DNA from: Trichodesmium erythraeum IMS101
Lineage (GTDB): Bacteria > Cyanobacteriota > Cyanobacteriia > Cyanobacteriales > Microcoleaceae
Length of the DNA: 32,000 nucleotides
Direction of reading: 5' to 3'
NCBI RefSeq assembly: GCF_000014265.1
Contig: NC_008312.1
Coordinates: 1,920,001-1,952,000, forward strand
The notes under the pieces were generated by a model. That model ran no database searches, was not told where the DNA came from, and saw only the letters and a program-made list of their open reading frames with translations. The first letter of the stretch is position 1. The number at the start of each line of letters is the position of its first letter. Position numbers and translations under genes: made by a program. Below are positions 17,198 through 27,752 of the stretch, piece by piece.

Positions 17198-18099
17198 AAT
17201 AGATAGGCACTGTATTGCTGTTAGGGCAACATGAATTTTTACCCTCGAAGTAAAAAGCAATCTTTTTGACTTAAAACCTTCCCTGAATGTTAGGGGGAGA
17301 GTTTAATCGTAGCTTTGCTTAAGGGCGGGTTGATGTTTTGTACTTAGTATAAGCAAGTTAGCATAAATAAATCTAACTATAACGTCTATATAAACATAAG
17401 TATATATGGATAATATTTCGATTGAGTTAGGAAATTTATACATATATGTCTATGTCGTTTAAGGATATTGCTTACAAGTGAGCAAAACAGAAGTCTTTTG
17501 AAGTTGAGAATTGGGGATGTACCTCTAAAAATCAAAAACCACCGCAGAAGTGATTAGATTAAATGCAGATAGGCGGTATTTGTAAAAATTCAAAAACTAG
17601 AAATAACCTCTAAAGCTATTTCCCATTGCCTACTCCCAAAAAGTGGCAATATTTTAGATAGGAATAAAATAAGATTGATACATCTATGTTTTAGGGATTT
17701 TTTAGCTATTTCAGTTATTTCTCTTGCTAATACTGGGTTTAAAACCATTTTCAATGTAAAGAATTCTCAGGTAGTAGTCTATTTAATTATTTTGTCAAGT
17801 GCAACGGTAGTGGACTTACTAGTGGTTGTTAATCCCGAGCTACTATTACGCAAGTAGAGCTACCAAATCTAAAAGTATTATTATTTGGCTTATGTAGAAA
17901 ATATTCTGGAAAAAGGCAATAGACATCGGAGCAAGATAATGTCAAACTTCTGATCTATTTTTGGATTTTTTTTAACTAAATATTAGGTAAGATGTAAAAG
18001 GTAAGAAGGTTTACTCCCCATTTTAGATGTTAGTAAATACCCCAATCTTGTTGGCATTTTATTTAACAATGTATAGAAGTAAATTTAGATAATAAACTA

Positions 18100-19044
18100 A
18101 TGCCAAACTTAATTATCTGGCTAATAATATTTATAGTTAGCTTATTCGTTTTAATAAAAGCTTCTGACTTCTTTACAGATGCAGCAGAAAAAATAGGTAT
18201 ATCTTTAGGAATTTCTCCTTTTTTAGTAGGGGTAACAATAGTATCAATAGGAACTTCTTTACCAGAATTAGTATCATCTATTATAGCAGTTTATCAAAAC
18301 TCCTCTGAAATTGTTTTTGGTAATGTTATGGGTTCTAATATTGCTAATATTTTTTTGATTATTGGTACTGCATCATTGATAAGCAGTCCTTTAAAAATAC
18401 TATATGAACTAATTAATGTAGATTTACCACTATTTGTTGGTTCAGCTTTTTTATTAGGTTTAACAGTTTTAGATAGTAACTTTTCTATCAATGAAGCTAT
18501 TATATGTATTTTAGGATATATTGTTTACGTCTTCTATGCAATCAGTAGTGGTAAAGAAGAACAGCAGTCAGAAACTATTGATACTTCACAAAAAAGTTTT
18601 CCAGTCAAACAAATAGTAATTCTGATTATTAGTTCATTATTTATCTTTTTTGGTGCTACTTATACAATTAAATCTGTTACTAAAATTTCCGAAATATTGG
18701 AAGTTGGTAAAGAGTTAATTGCTTTAAGTGCAGTCGCACTTGGTACATCATTACCAGAACTAATAGTTACCATTTCTGCTGCTAGAAAAGGAAACCCAGA
18801 AATAGCAGTAGGAAATGTTCTGGGATCTAATATTTTTAACTCATTAATGGTAATGGGAATACCAAGATTGACGGGTAAGTTAGAAATTCCTGATGATGTT
18901 CTTGATAGTGGGTTATTAGTTTTATTAGTAGGAACAATTTTATTCTTTTTTGTCACTCAAGATAAGCAGGTAACTCGTTGGGAAGGATTAATATTTTTCA
19001 TATTTTATGGATGGTTTATTGGTAATATTTTTGGGTTGGTTTGA
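18100..19044 (+). CDS. CaCA-family (YrbG-like) calcium/sodium antiporter
   Basis: Two alpha-repeat signatures are present: GTSLPELVSSIIAV...GNVMGSNIANIFLIIG and GTSLPELIVTISAARKG...GNVLGSNIFNSLMVMG. The protein is about 10 hydrophobic segments and 314 aa. Confidence 0.88.
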   Translation: MPNLIIWLIIFIVSLFVLIKASDFFTDAAEKIGISLGISPFLVGVTIVSIGTSLPELVSSIIAVYQNSSEIVFGNVMGSNIANIFLIIGTASLISSPLKILYELINVDLPLFVGSAFLLGLTVLDSNFSINEAIICILGYIVYVFYAISSGKEEQQSETIDTSQKSFPVKQIVILIISSLFIFFGATYTIKSVTKISEILEVGKELIALSAVALGTSLPELIVTISAARKGNPEIAVGNVLGSNIFNSLMVMGIPRLTGKLEIPDDVLDSGLLVLLVGTILFFFVTQDKQVTRWEGLIFFIFYGWFIGNIFGLV

Positions 19045-19589
19045 CATCCTCTCAAACCCAATACTTAACTTTGTGCTTCTTTGAAAAATAGCCAGCAATA
19101 GCTAGTAATATAACGAGCACCTATACAACACTAATTACATATTCTTTTCCAAAATTTCTCAGCACTTTTTTGAGACATTCTTTTAAGCTACTCCAACTTT
19201 CATAGGCACTAATTTCAACCTACTTATACTTAATAAACTTCTACAATATTTTAATCAATTTTTTCTTGGGTGAGTAGGTAGCTAACCAAAATATCTCTAA
19301 ATTTTTGTGTTTTCATTCTTCTAGTTTGTAAATCATTTTATTCTTAGTATGAATTAGGGCTTTATACATAACCATTACTGTAGTCATATATCAATATTGA
19401 GTAAATTTATCCAACAAGTAAATCAAAACTTGACTATTAATTACCCCTTTATTTGTCTGATCATATAATTGGTTTTTACAATTGATTTATTCCTATAGAT
19501 TAATTATTTCAATTTTACAAATTTTTATGGTTATTATTTATGATTTTTACTATAGCAATTAGGAATAATTTCTGAGAATAAATTTTAGT

Positions 19590-20345
19590 ATTTAAACCTG
19601 CAAGCGATCGCCAAACCTGAAAAAGATAGATAAAGCAGTTTCCGCAAGTTCTAAGGTACCCTAATACCAACTCTCTATGAAGCTGCGCTTAATATAAAGT
19701 AATAATATATGAACCTATCCTACTAATAAAATGTGATTAATCCAAATATATATAGTGGCACTATAATTTCTTCAATTACAAAAAAATACGCTCTCATTCT
19801 ACAACTAGGCGACGATATTTACATTGATACCCAGCAAAAAACGCTATTTTTGAAAACGAAGTACATAAATCTTTATCCCTCCAAATCGGTTTCTTTTTAA
19901 TTTTCCAAAGTATTTTGGGCAGCTGAGGTCTAATCCCTCTTCGATAACAAGCTTGTCTTTGTCGTTAACAATCAATACCTTTATCACTGGCCATAACTTA
20001 GAGCCCTTATGTGGATGGCTTCCTTTGTCAGTTTTCAGATTCATACTATCAATTTACGGGAATTAGCTGTGCTCTTTCATTGGCATTAGCGGGGGTAGTA
20101 CAGTTAGCTACTAGTAATCCATTTTCTTCCCTCAAGGTATGAATTAAAATCCCCTTCCCTTTATGGCCATAAGCTACATCCACGGCTGTGTAACTCCAAT
20201 TGATTAGTTCTTGGTTTTCTGCAATTCCTAAAATTAATCCTTGTAGGTGTTTGAGAGTTCCATCTTTTTCCTAACGCTTCAGCCATTTATGTGCGCAAAT
20301 ATTGGAAGCCCAAATCTCTCAACCTCTTATTTAGGAAGTGAGAAG
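19590..20345 (-). pseudogene. IS5-family transposase relic
   Basis: Minus-strand reading gives ...EKDGTLKHLQGLILGIAENQELINWSYTAVDVAYGHKGKGILIHTLREENGLLVANCTTPANANERAQLIP... This follows the IS5/IS427-type pattern (KG.K.H.L.D..G.P....T.AN.NE), then frameshifted fragments follow (track ORF 19844..20044). The boundaries are approximate. Confidence 0.55.
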
Positions 20346-20469
20346 GGTATGATTGTAAATATCAAAATGGAGTATAAGGCATACCTTTACCTCTTTTTTC
20401 TGGTGAAAGAGGAAAAATATCTTTAAATAACTTTCATTCTATGTCACTTAATTTTTAAAATCTATCTAG

Positions 20470-21443
20470 CATCTTATTTGAATTTACTATAACTGAGTAA
20501 CGCTTATCATAAGTATCATTATTTTACTATTATTGGGATAGATTCTTAACCAAAAAATATCAAGAAACTGGAGATATTAAATTTTTACCTCAACATAGAA
20601 TTCTTCCTTCTCAGCTCAATAGTGAAGAATTAGTAATCTTAGTAGAAATAATGGATAAAAATAATGATGCAACTAATGAGAAGTTATGGGAATTACTGGA
20701 AGTAGGCACGGGAGTAAAAATAGGAAAAAGTACAATCATTGGATAAATGAAAAGTTAAACTACAATCTGAAAAAAACATTGTATGCACCTGAAAAAAAAT
20801 ATTCAACTCCAATATAAGAGAGTAAAATTTTGGGAAATAGTCAGAGGAATAAAGGCAAATAATTTAGTCTTTATAGATGAATCAGGAGTAAAAAATTGGG
20901 AATACTTCGATTATATTCTAGAGCCTTAAAAGTAAAAATAGCTAAAGGAAAAAAACTAAAAAACCAGGAAAAATATCTTAATTATAGGAGCTATATTTTT
21001 AGAAAAAGTTTTGGCAAAAAAAATATTGATGGAGGAGTATATGGAGTAATTTTTGAGGTTTTTATAGTTAAATAAGTAGTCCTATTACTGTGGAAGGGAG
21101 CTTGTGTTTTCATGCACAATGGGAAAATATATTTAGGATAAATGGTGAGAGAAGTTATTGAATAAGTTAGAGTTAGTCTGTTATTTTACCTCCTTATTCA
21201 CCTGAATTTTCTCCAATTGAAAACTTTTGGTTAAAAGTGAAAGCTATTCTAATAATAGTTAAAGCAAGAAATTATAAAGATTTAATTATTGAAAACTTTT
21301 GGTTAAAAGTGAAAGCTATTCTAAGAAGAGTTAAAACAAGAAATTATAAAGATTTAATTGATGCCATTACCATAGCTATATTAAAAGTTAGTCAAAAAGA
21401 TATTCGCAATTGTTTTACCCATTGTTGTTACTGTACTTCATAG
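20470..21443 (+). pseudogene. IS630-family transposase relic with many stops and an internal 72-bp in-frame tandem duplication
   Basis: Recognisable fragments are NNLVFIDESG (DDE) and LPPYSPEFSPIENFWLKVKAIL. IENFWLKVKAIL..VK.RNYKDLI is duplicated at 21216-21287 and 21288-21359. Confidence 0.65.
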
Positions 21444-21799
21444 CTATAGAAATTGCTATGTATAAGGAAACTATTAAAAAAATTAATGAGGCTAAAGCTC
21501 AAGAAGGAGGCGTAATGATTTTCGGGTATTGTTATCCATCTCAAAGCAATTCGTGGTTTAGATTGAAGTATAGGCTAGGAGAAAAAATGCTGAGGAACTA
21601 CTCTCTTCCAGCTAGAAAATCACCTATTATGTAATAATATATATTACATGATAGGTAATAAAGGATAAATCATGATTAAATATTTAGGGAATAGAACTTT
21701 TAGATTAGGCGATCGCCAATTATATTTAGAATTATGACCATAATTGTGCTACAAATTTCAACAAGAATATTTAAGGAAAAGATTATTAGCAATTATAGT

Positions 21800-22674
21800 T
21801 ATTTTAAATAAGAATGAGATACTATTTTGCACGATAATTATGCATAATTTCATCAATAAATGTATTGACAGGTGAATACATTCTAGCTCTTTTTAATTCA
21901 CTAAAATCATATTCTTAGTCATTTAAATCAGGAGAGTATTTTAGGAAAAATAGTAATTGATGACTCCCTGCTTCTACTAATTCTCTAACAACCTTTTTTC
22001 GTAATTAATGTTGAATTATCCGTGTAGCAGTACACTGGGAATTTTTAATGATGGTAATAAATGTTGCTCTAACTATTATTCAAATACCACGGCATTTAGG
22101 GTTTCTTTAAATATAATTAGTGCTATTAAATGTTTTTCCTTTTTTCTTCTCCCTGCTACTAAATTTTCTCTTTTACCTCGTTTTCCCTCTTGCTCACCAT
22201 AAACTTTTTCCCTTTTTTTTACCAGGCATAAATACAGTCTTAATTGTCTTAAGATCCTGATAAATCAATAAATACAACGCTTTTATTTCCAATTTTTTTA
22301 ATGAAATTTTGAGGGAAAGCTGATAATATTTTATTCTTTCTTCTCTATTTCTTTCCCTGTAACGAAGTTGTTTTTTTTCAAGGAAAATTCATTCTTTTCA
22401 AAGCATAAAATATAGCTGTTTGATTAACTCCAATTTTTTTTTTAGCTTTGTATGCCAATTTAAACTCTGAATTTAGTTTGACATCTTTTTCTAATTCTTT
22501 CCAATCTAATTTTATTCGACGACGCTTTACCTTAGTTGCTTCCAATTTTTGGCGAGATGACCATCTATATATCGAAGCTATGCCTATCCCAAATACATGA
22601 GCTGCTTCGGTAATAGTACCACCATTTTCTACAAAATTTATGACTTTTTGTCTGAAGTCTAAACTGTAAGACAT
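21800..22674 (-). pseudogene. IS630-family transposase relic; the N-terminal HTH ORF is intact and the rest is decayed
   Basis: Track ORF 22378..22674(-) reads MSYSLDFRQKVINFVENGGTITEAAHVFGIGIASIYRWSSRQ, an IS630 HTH. The downstream frame is interrupted by multiple stops. A homologous truncated copy lies at 31625-32000. The lower boundary is approximate. Confidence 0.65.
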
Positions 22675-22739
22675 AGTTAGAAATAGTTTCTAATTGACTT
22701 AAAATTATTCTACTTAATTTTTCTCTCAATCTTAATTAA

Positions 22740-23710
22740 AACAACTATAAATACTTGTATGAAGGAAAAACTAGAACAGAAGTATTAGATTTATTAGATT
22801 GTCATTATCAAACTTTATCTACTTGAATAGATAAATTTTTAGAAGGAGGATTAAAGAATTTATTAGAACTAATCACTCACCAAGTATCATCAAGATTAAA
22901 TATAGAGCAGAAACAGGAATTAAAAATAATGATACTGAAAGAATTACCCAGAGATTATGTGGTAGATAGAAACATTTGGAGGGGTAAAATTATTAGTAAT
23001 GTTATTGAATTAAGATGGGGAGTAAAACTGAAAACAACGAGAATATATAAAATTTTAAATGAATTAAATTTATCAGCTCAAAAAGCCCATATAAATTATG
23101 CTAATGCCAGTCAAGAACAGCAAAAAACATTTATTTTAAGTCTAAAAAAAATTGGCATCTAAAAAAGAGAAATAAAAAATAGTATTTTTTGATGAATTTG
23201 CTGTTTATGAGTGCTCAAGTATTTTTTACAGATGGGCAGAAAAAAAATACAGCTCCCGAAGTACCGAGTAATGAGAAGGGATTTATAAATAAATTGAATG
23301 GAATGATTTCAGTTGATGCCTTTACAGCTCAAGAGTATTTAAAATTAAAAGAAAAATCTAAAACAGAGGAAGTTTCGGATGACTTTTTACAATGAGCTCA
23401 AGATTGTTTAACAGAAGGATTTGATAAATTGACTATTATTTTAGATCTGGACTCGACAGATAAAAATAAAATGAAATCTCAATTAAAATTTCATCTCATT
23501 AATGCTCAAATATTCAGATAAAATTGTTGTAGATTTTATTCATACTCCAACATATTCTCCTAATTTTAATTGAGTTGAATATATTATTCATCTTTTAAGA
23601 CTTAAACTGTTGTATCACCTTTCCTGGGATGTAAATATTCAACAAGTTCAAGGGTATATTAGAAAAATTTTTCCAATTTAATCAACTTCAGACACCTGAA
23701 CAAATCAAGA
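22740..23710 (+). pseudogene. IS630-family transposase relic (a different subgroup)
   Basis: The fragments LKELPRDYVVDRNIWRGKIISNVIELRWGVKLKTTRIYKILNELNLSAQKA, FFDEFAVYE and TPTYSPNFN.VEYIIHLLRLKLL are spread over three frames (track ORFs 22929..23162 and 23189..23395). Confidence 0.6.
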
Positions 23711-23739
23711 GTATAATACTGAAGCCAAACCTTTACTGA

Positions 23740-23874
23740 ATTTACTATGTGTTGGTTGAGGTTATCAAGCAACAAGGTAAAATTAACGAAGTAATTAACA
23801 ACTATAAACTAGCCTTAAAAATTCAACCGGATTTTCCTCAAGCCACTGTAAATTTGCAACATCTATTAGACTGA
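23740..23874 (+). pseudogene. C-terminal fragment of a TPR protein, apparently truncated by the adjacent IS630 relic
   Basis: ...LVEVIKQQGKINEVINNYKLALKIQPDFPQATVNLQHLLD* is a TPR consensus tail. There is no matching N-terminal part in the window. Confidence 0.4.
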
Positions 23875-24501
23875 TAAATTCATCTTATAACTTTGTACAT
23901 TCAAGGCTATTCAAAGATTAACTTTAGAAGAAAAAGTGAAATATTTCTTTTGTCTGAATCTATACTTGAATCTATATTATTTATTATTTTTCAATAATTA
24001 TTTGAGCTTTTGTTTATTTCAATTGGCTTAATAGCATTAAGTCTTTATTCCTTAGTATAATATTTTATATTTTAAATTCTTACCTAAAATTAATGTATTT
24101 TATAATACGACACTTTGAACGGACACAGCTTTCTAGTTATAGTAATCCTATCTCAAGGGTAAGAGAAATGGGTTGTTTTAAAGCAGGAGGCAGAGAGCAC
24201 TTATAATGAAAGAATAGGAGTTGAAGCTATTTTTTTAAGAAAGCATATGATTTAGGATTACTATACAAACAAGAAGATGCAAGAAGAAAACTGAATATCC
24301 AGCAAAAAAATTAACTAGATACCAGTTTTAAAAGTGTACAAAAACACAAACTATTAACAATATAAGCTTTGCCCTAAGTAGATAAGGGTTAAAACTTGTT
24401 ACTACTTAACAAAATAAAATTAACCTCAAGTTAACTTTAGATAGTAACTTGGAGTCAACTTACAAAAGTTAATATAGTGAGTGTTTTTTTTGGATACCTA
24501 C

Positions 24502-24867
24502 TTAACTTACTACTACCCTATTCAGTAATTCATAAAGAAAAGAGTTGATAAAACCTAGTGCTACCGAACCAATTAGAGCACTCCAAAATCCCCAACGTAA
24601 GCGAAATCCACTAACCAACCAAGCTGCTAAACCAAAGATAGACATATTCAGAAGTAGAGTAAAAAGAAAACTTGAAAGAACAATCTTAATAGGGAAAACT
24701 ACAGCAACTAAAACTGGACGAACTAAAGCATTTAAAAATCCAAAAACTACCGAAGAAATTAACGCGATTTTAAAATCATCAATTTCTACTCCTGTTGGTA
24801 ACTTAGAAATAATAAATAAACTAACAGCAGTCACAAACCAAAGAATCAAAAGTTGTAAAATACTCAT
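24502..24867 (-). CDS. DUF360 / YvlD-type phage-holin-family 4-TM membrane protein
   Basis: 121 aa with four hydrophobic segments and the family-typical FGFLNALVRPVL motif. It lies 26 nt downstream of ychF on the same strand, so it is probably co-transcribed. Track ORF 24545..24886(+) is its shadow. Confidence 0.8.
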   Translation of the reverse strand: MSILQLLILWFVTAVSLFIISKLPTGVEIDDFKIALISSVVFGFLNALVRPVLVAVVFPIKIVLSSFLFTLLLNMSIFGLAAWLVSGFRLRWGFWSALIGSVALGFINSFLYELLNRVVVS

Positions 24868-24893
24868 TTTTTTTCTCCTTAATTAACAGCAAT

Positions 24894-25985
24894 CTAAACA
24901 TTAAATCGGAAGAGCATAATATCACCTTCCTTAACAAGATAATCCTTGCCTTCACTCCTTACTAAACCTTTCTCCTTAGCAGTAGTCATTGAACCACTGG
25001 TTACTAGATCCTTATAAGCAATTGTTTCTGCTCGAATAAAACCTCGTTCAAAATCAGTATGAATTACACCAGCAGCTTGAGGAGCTAAAGTTCCAGCCTT
25101 AATTGTCCAAGCTTTAGTTTCTTTCTCTCCAGTAGTAAAATAAGTATGCAATCCCAACAATTCATAAGTCGCTTTAATCAAAGATTTTAAACCACCTTCT
25201 TCTACTCCTAAAGATTTCAAATAATCAGTTATTTCTTCCTCAGGTAACTCAATTAATTCTGATTCTACTTGAGCTGAAATTACCACAACTTGAGCATTTT
25301 CTACAGCAGCAATATTGCGAACTTTTTCAACCCAGTCATTCCCATTAGCCAAATCATCTTCTGAGACATTAGCTGCATAAATTATGGGCTTAGAAGTTAA
25401 TAAATTTAAAGGCTTAATTATCAAAGATTCATCTTTATTTAAACCAGCCATTTTTACCGAATTACCTTCATTTAAAACAACCTCTAATTTTTCTAAAACT
25501 TCTAATTCTGTCTGAGCTTCTTTACTGGTACGAGCTTGTTTTTTAGTCCGTTCAATTCGTCGTTCTACCTGAGCTAGATCGGATAAAGCTAATTCTAAAT
25601 TAATTACCTCAATATCTCGCACTGGATCCACAGAACCAGAGACATGAATAATATCTTCACTATCAAAACAACGAACTACTTGAACAATAGCATCAACCTC
25701 TCGAATATTAGATAAAAATTGATTACCTAAACCTTCTCCTTTGCTTGCACCTTTTACTAAACCAGCAATATCAACAAACTCAATTCTAGTAGGAACAGTT
25801 TGGGCAGAATTAGAAATTTGAGCCAGCACATTTAACCGATTATCTGGCACAGCTACTACACCAACATTGGGTTCAATTGTGCAAAATGGGAAGTTAGCAG
25901 CTTCCGCCTTAGCATTAGCAACTAAAGCATTAAATAAGGTAGATTTTCCTACGTTGGGTAGTCCGACAATTCCAGCTCTGAGCAT
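24894..25985 (-). CDS. ychF: Ribosome-binding ATPase YchF (Obg-like GTPase family)
   Basis: It has the GIVGLPNVGKSTLFNAL P-loop, FCTIEPNVG, FVDIAGLVKGAS, and the C-terminal TGS-like region HTDFERGFIRAE...GKDYLVKEGDIMLFRFNV. 363 aa, the canonical length. Confidence 0.93.
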   Translation of the reverse strand: MLRAGIVGLPNVGKSTLFNALVANAKAEAANFPFCTIEPNVGVVAVPDNRLNVLAQISNSAQTVPTRIEFVDIAGLVKGASKGEGLGNQFLSNIREVDAIVQVVRCFDSEDIIHVSGSVDPVRDIEVINLELALSDLAQVERRIERTKKQARTSKEAQTELEVLEKLEVVLNEGNSVKMAGLNKDESLIIKPLNLLTSKPIIYAANVSEDDLANGNDWVEKVRNIAAVENAQVVVISAQVESELIELPEEEITDYLKSLGVEEGGLKSLIKATYELLGLHTYFTTGEKETKAWTIKAGTLAPQAAGVIHTDFERGFIRAETIAYKDLVTSGSMTTAKEKGLVRSEGKDYLVKEGDIMLFRFNV

Positions 25986-26248
25986 AAATTTAAGTCAACA
26001 ATATTTAAAAGTTAAAAATTAAAGAAATTACAGATAGGGTTACTATAAAACTGCCTATCTACTCAGGATAACAGAAGGAAAGAAGAATCTGGATTCCTCA
26101 CCTCAAATTTTTATGAGCATAAATTTAAGTCAACAATATTTAAAAGTTAAAAATTAAAGAAATTACAGATAGGGTTACTATAAAATTGCCTATCTACTCA
26201 GGATAACAGAAGGAAAGAAGAATCTGGATTCCTCACCTCAAATTTTAC
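25979..26248. repeat. Tandem duplication, 135 bp x 2, spanning the ychF start codon and upstream region
   Basis: TGAGCATAAATTTAAGTCAACAATATTTAAAAG...CCTCACCTCAAATTTT occurs at 25979 and again at 26114. By eye there is one substitution (AAAACTGCC vs AAAATTGCC) and one T indel. Confidence 0.92.
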
Positions 26249-26564
26249 TGAAAATTAAGAATCAAAAAATTAAAAAATCTAGTTTTTCTTTTTTTGTTAA
26301 ATTTAAGGGTAGCTGGGTAGAGTAGATAAGCAATAAATTTTGCAGGCCATGAAAAAAAATTATGACAATAAAAAATGAATAATCTCAAGTATTTTTCATT
26401 TAATAGCAAGAGCGATAAATACAGTAATATAGAGTAGTTAATGGTGTACAACTAATAATTTTTTAGTTAAGTTATAACTCGTGAAAGATATTTATATAGC
26501 AATTCCAAATAAGTTGTAATAGGTATAATAGTAATAATAACATCTCCAGTAAAAATACAAAAAA

Positions 26565-27720
26565 TGAATATTATAGATGAACTAGATAATTTTATTAATC
26601 AAACATACATAGATCAAAAAAATTAAAACAGTCTTGGCAGTAAAATGATTTTTTCTCGAAAATACTACTTACTATCAGATTAAATAATTATTATAGCAAT
26701 TTAAGCAAAGCTTATACCGTCAAATTAACACCATAATCAACTCCATCTTAATCTTCTTTTGACTATTTAATAGTAGTATTTAAAGTTTTTACGTATAGTC
26801 AAATATCCGAATTAACAATTTTTATAATCAAAATTTGCCACAATATACGCGCGAATTACTATAGTTGTTTGACTTAATAATGAGAGATAAATTACACAAT
26901 AATAACGGATAATTTTATATATATATTTATGTATATAGGTATATTTTATAGCTCTATTTAATGCAATAAACCATGTTAATATAATACCAACCTTATGAAA
27001 TTTAGCTAAACTTTTAGAAGTGATTTATCATACAAATTTTAGTCATATTAGGAGTAGTAAAGATTGAGATAAATGAATCATTAAAAACTCTCAAAAAGCT
27101 TTGAAAAAGTGCAATTACAGCAAAAAAAAGGAAAGACTTCAAAATATTTATTGGTTGAAAACTCAAACAGTAAAAACAGTAGAAACAGTAGAAACAGTAA
27201 AATAAATTGCAATAATGTGAGGGCGCAATCCAGTAACACTAAAAAAATGGTTAGGTAAATATGGTATAAGTGTACTAAATTTTTTACTACAACCAAAGAA
27301 AAATCTGGGAGGGAAGTCAAGTTAAACTCCACCAAATGTAATCGAAAATTAGAAGCACAATTGCACAACCAGGAAGGTTTACAAAGCTATGCTGAAATTC
27401 AGCACTTTTTAACCACTTGTTTTGACATCGATATGTCTGATCGAACAGTTCATCAACTAATCAGATTTAAATTAAAAAGTAAATTAAAATTTCCAGGCCC
27501 AAATCACATCAAACAAAATAAAAAAGCTCAAGAAAACTAAAAAAAAACTCTCATCTCAACTAGAAGATAAGATTGCTGTTAATTCATAAATATTCGGAAA
27601 ATTAACTGCCAATTCACTATTGGTGTCAACATGAGACTAGAATTGGATTAAAAATTATAACAAGTAAAATAATTAATGCTTGTGGTGTTAAGCCCATTGG
27701 CTTATATCAATATCTATGGC
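26565..27720 (+). pseudogene. Heavily decayed IS630-family relic
   Basis: The recognisable pieces are GREVKLNSTKCNRKLEAQLHNQEGLQSYAEIQHFL...DRTVHQLIRFKLKSKLK, KKAQEN.KK, and ETRIGLKIITSKIINACGVKPIGLYQ (the DE..FGL region). The 5' boundary is uncertain. Confidence 0.45.
27165..27200 (+). repeat. Nonamer microsatellite (AAACAGTAR) x 4
   Basis: AAACAGTAAAAACAGTAGAAACAGTAGAAACAGTAA is read directly. It generates the LLFLLFLLF run in the spurious ORF 27081..27368(-). Confidence 0.9.
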
Positions 27721-27752
27721 TTTTACTACACCATAAAGCTATAGATATTTAC

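Noticed and set aside
17281-17345. Possible yybP-ykoY (Mn2+) riboswitch upstream of a cation transporter, prompted by GGGGGAGAG and GTTGATG
   Set aside because: The conserved cores as I remember them (GGGGAGUAG, UUGACAUA, AGACC) are not matched, the four-way pairing cannot be drawn convincingly, and the element would lie about 750 nt from the antiporter start. Only a cmscan could revive this idea.
17675-17857. 60-aa plus-strand ORF upstream of the antiporter
   Set aside because: It has the minimum length and a TTG start, is hydrophobic and low-complexity, and has no motif. I treat it as chance.
18294-18956. Track ORFs 18294..18491(-) and 18660..18956(-)
   Set aside because: They are antisense shadows inside the CaCA antiporter gene, which has unambiguous alpha-repeat motifs on the plus strand.
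24545-24886. 113-aa plus-strand ORF
   Set aside because: It is antisense to the DUF360 membrane protein. It is highly basic and low-complexity (KT-rich), whereas the minus-strand product has four clean TM segments and the family motif.
26245-27368. Track ORFs 26245..26451(-) and 27081..27368(-)
   Set aside because: The first is Leu/Phe/Tyr-rich AT-codon noise adjacent to the 135-bp repeat. The second owes its length to the nonamer array (the LLFLLFLLF run) inside an IS630 relic.
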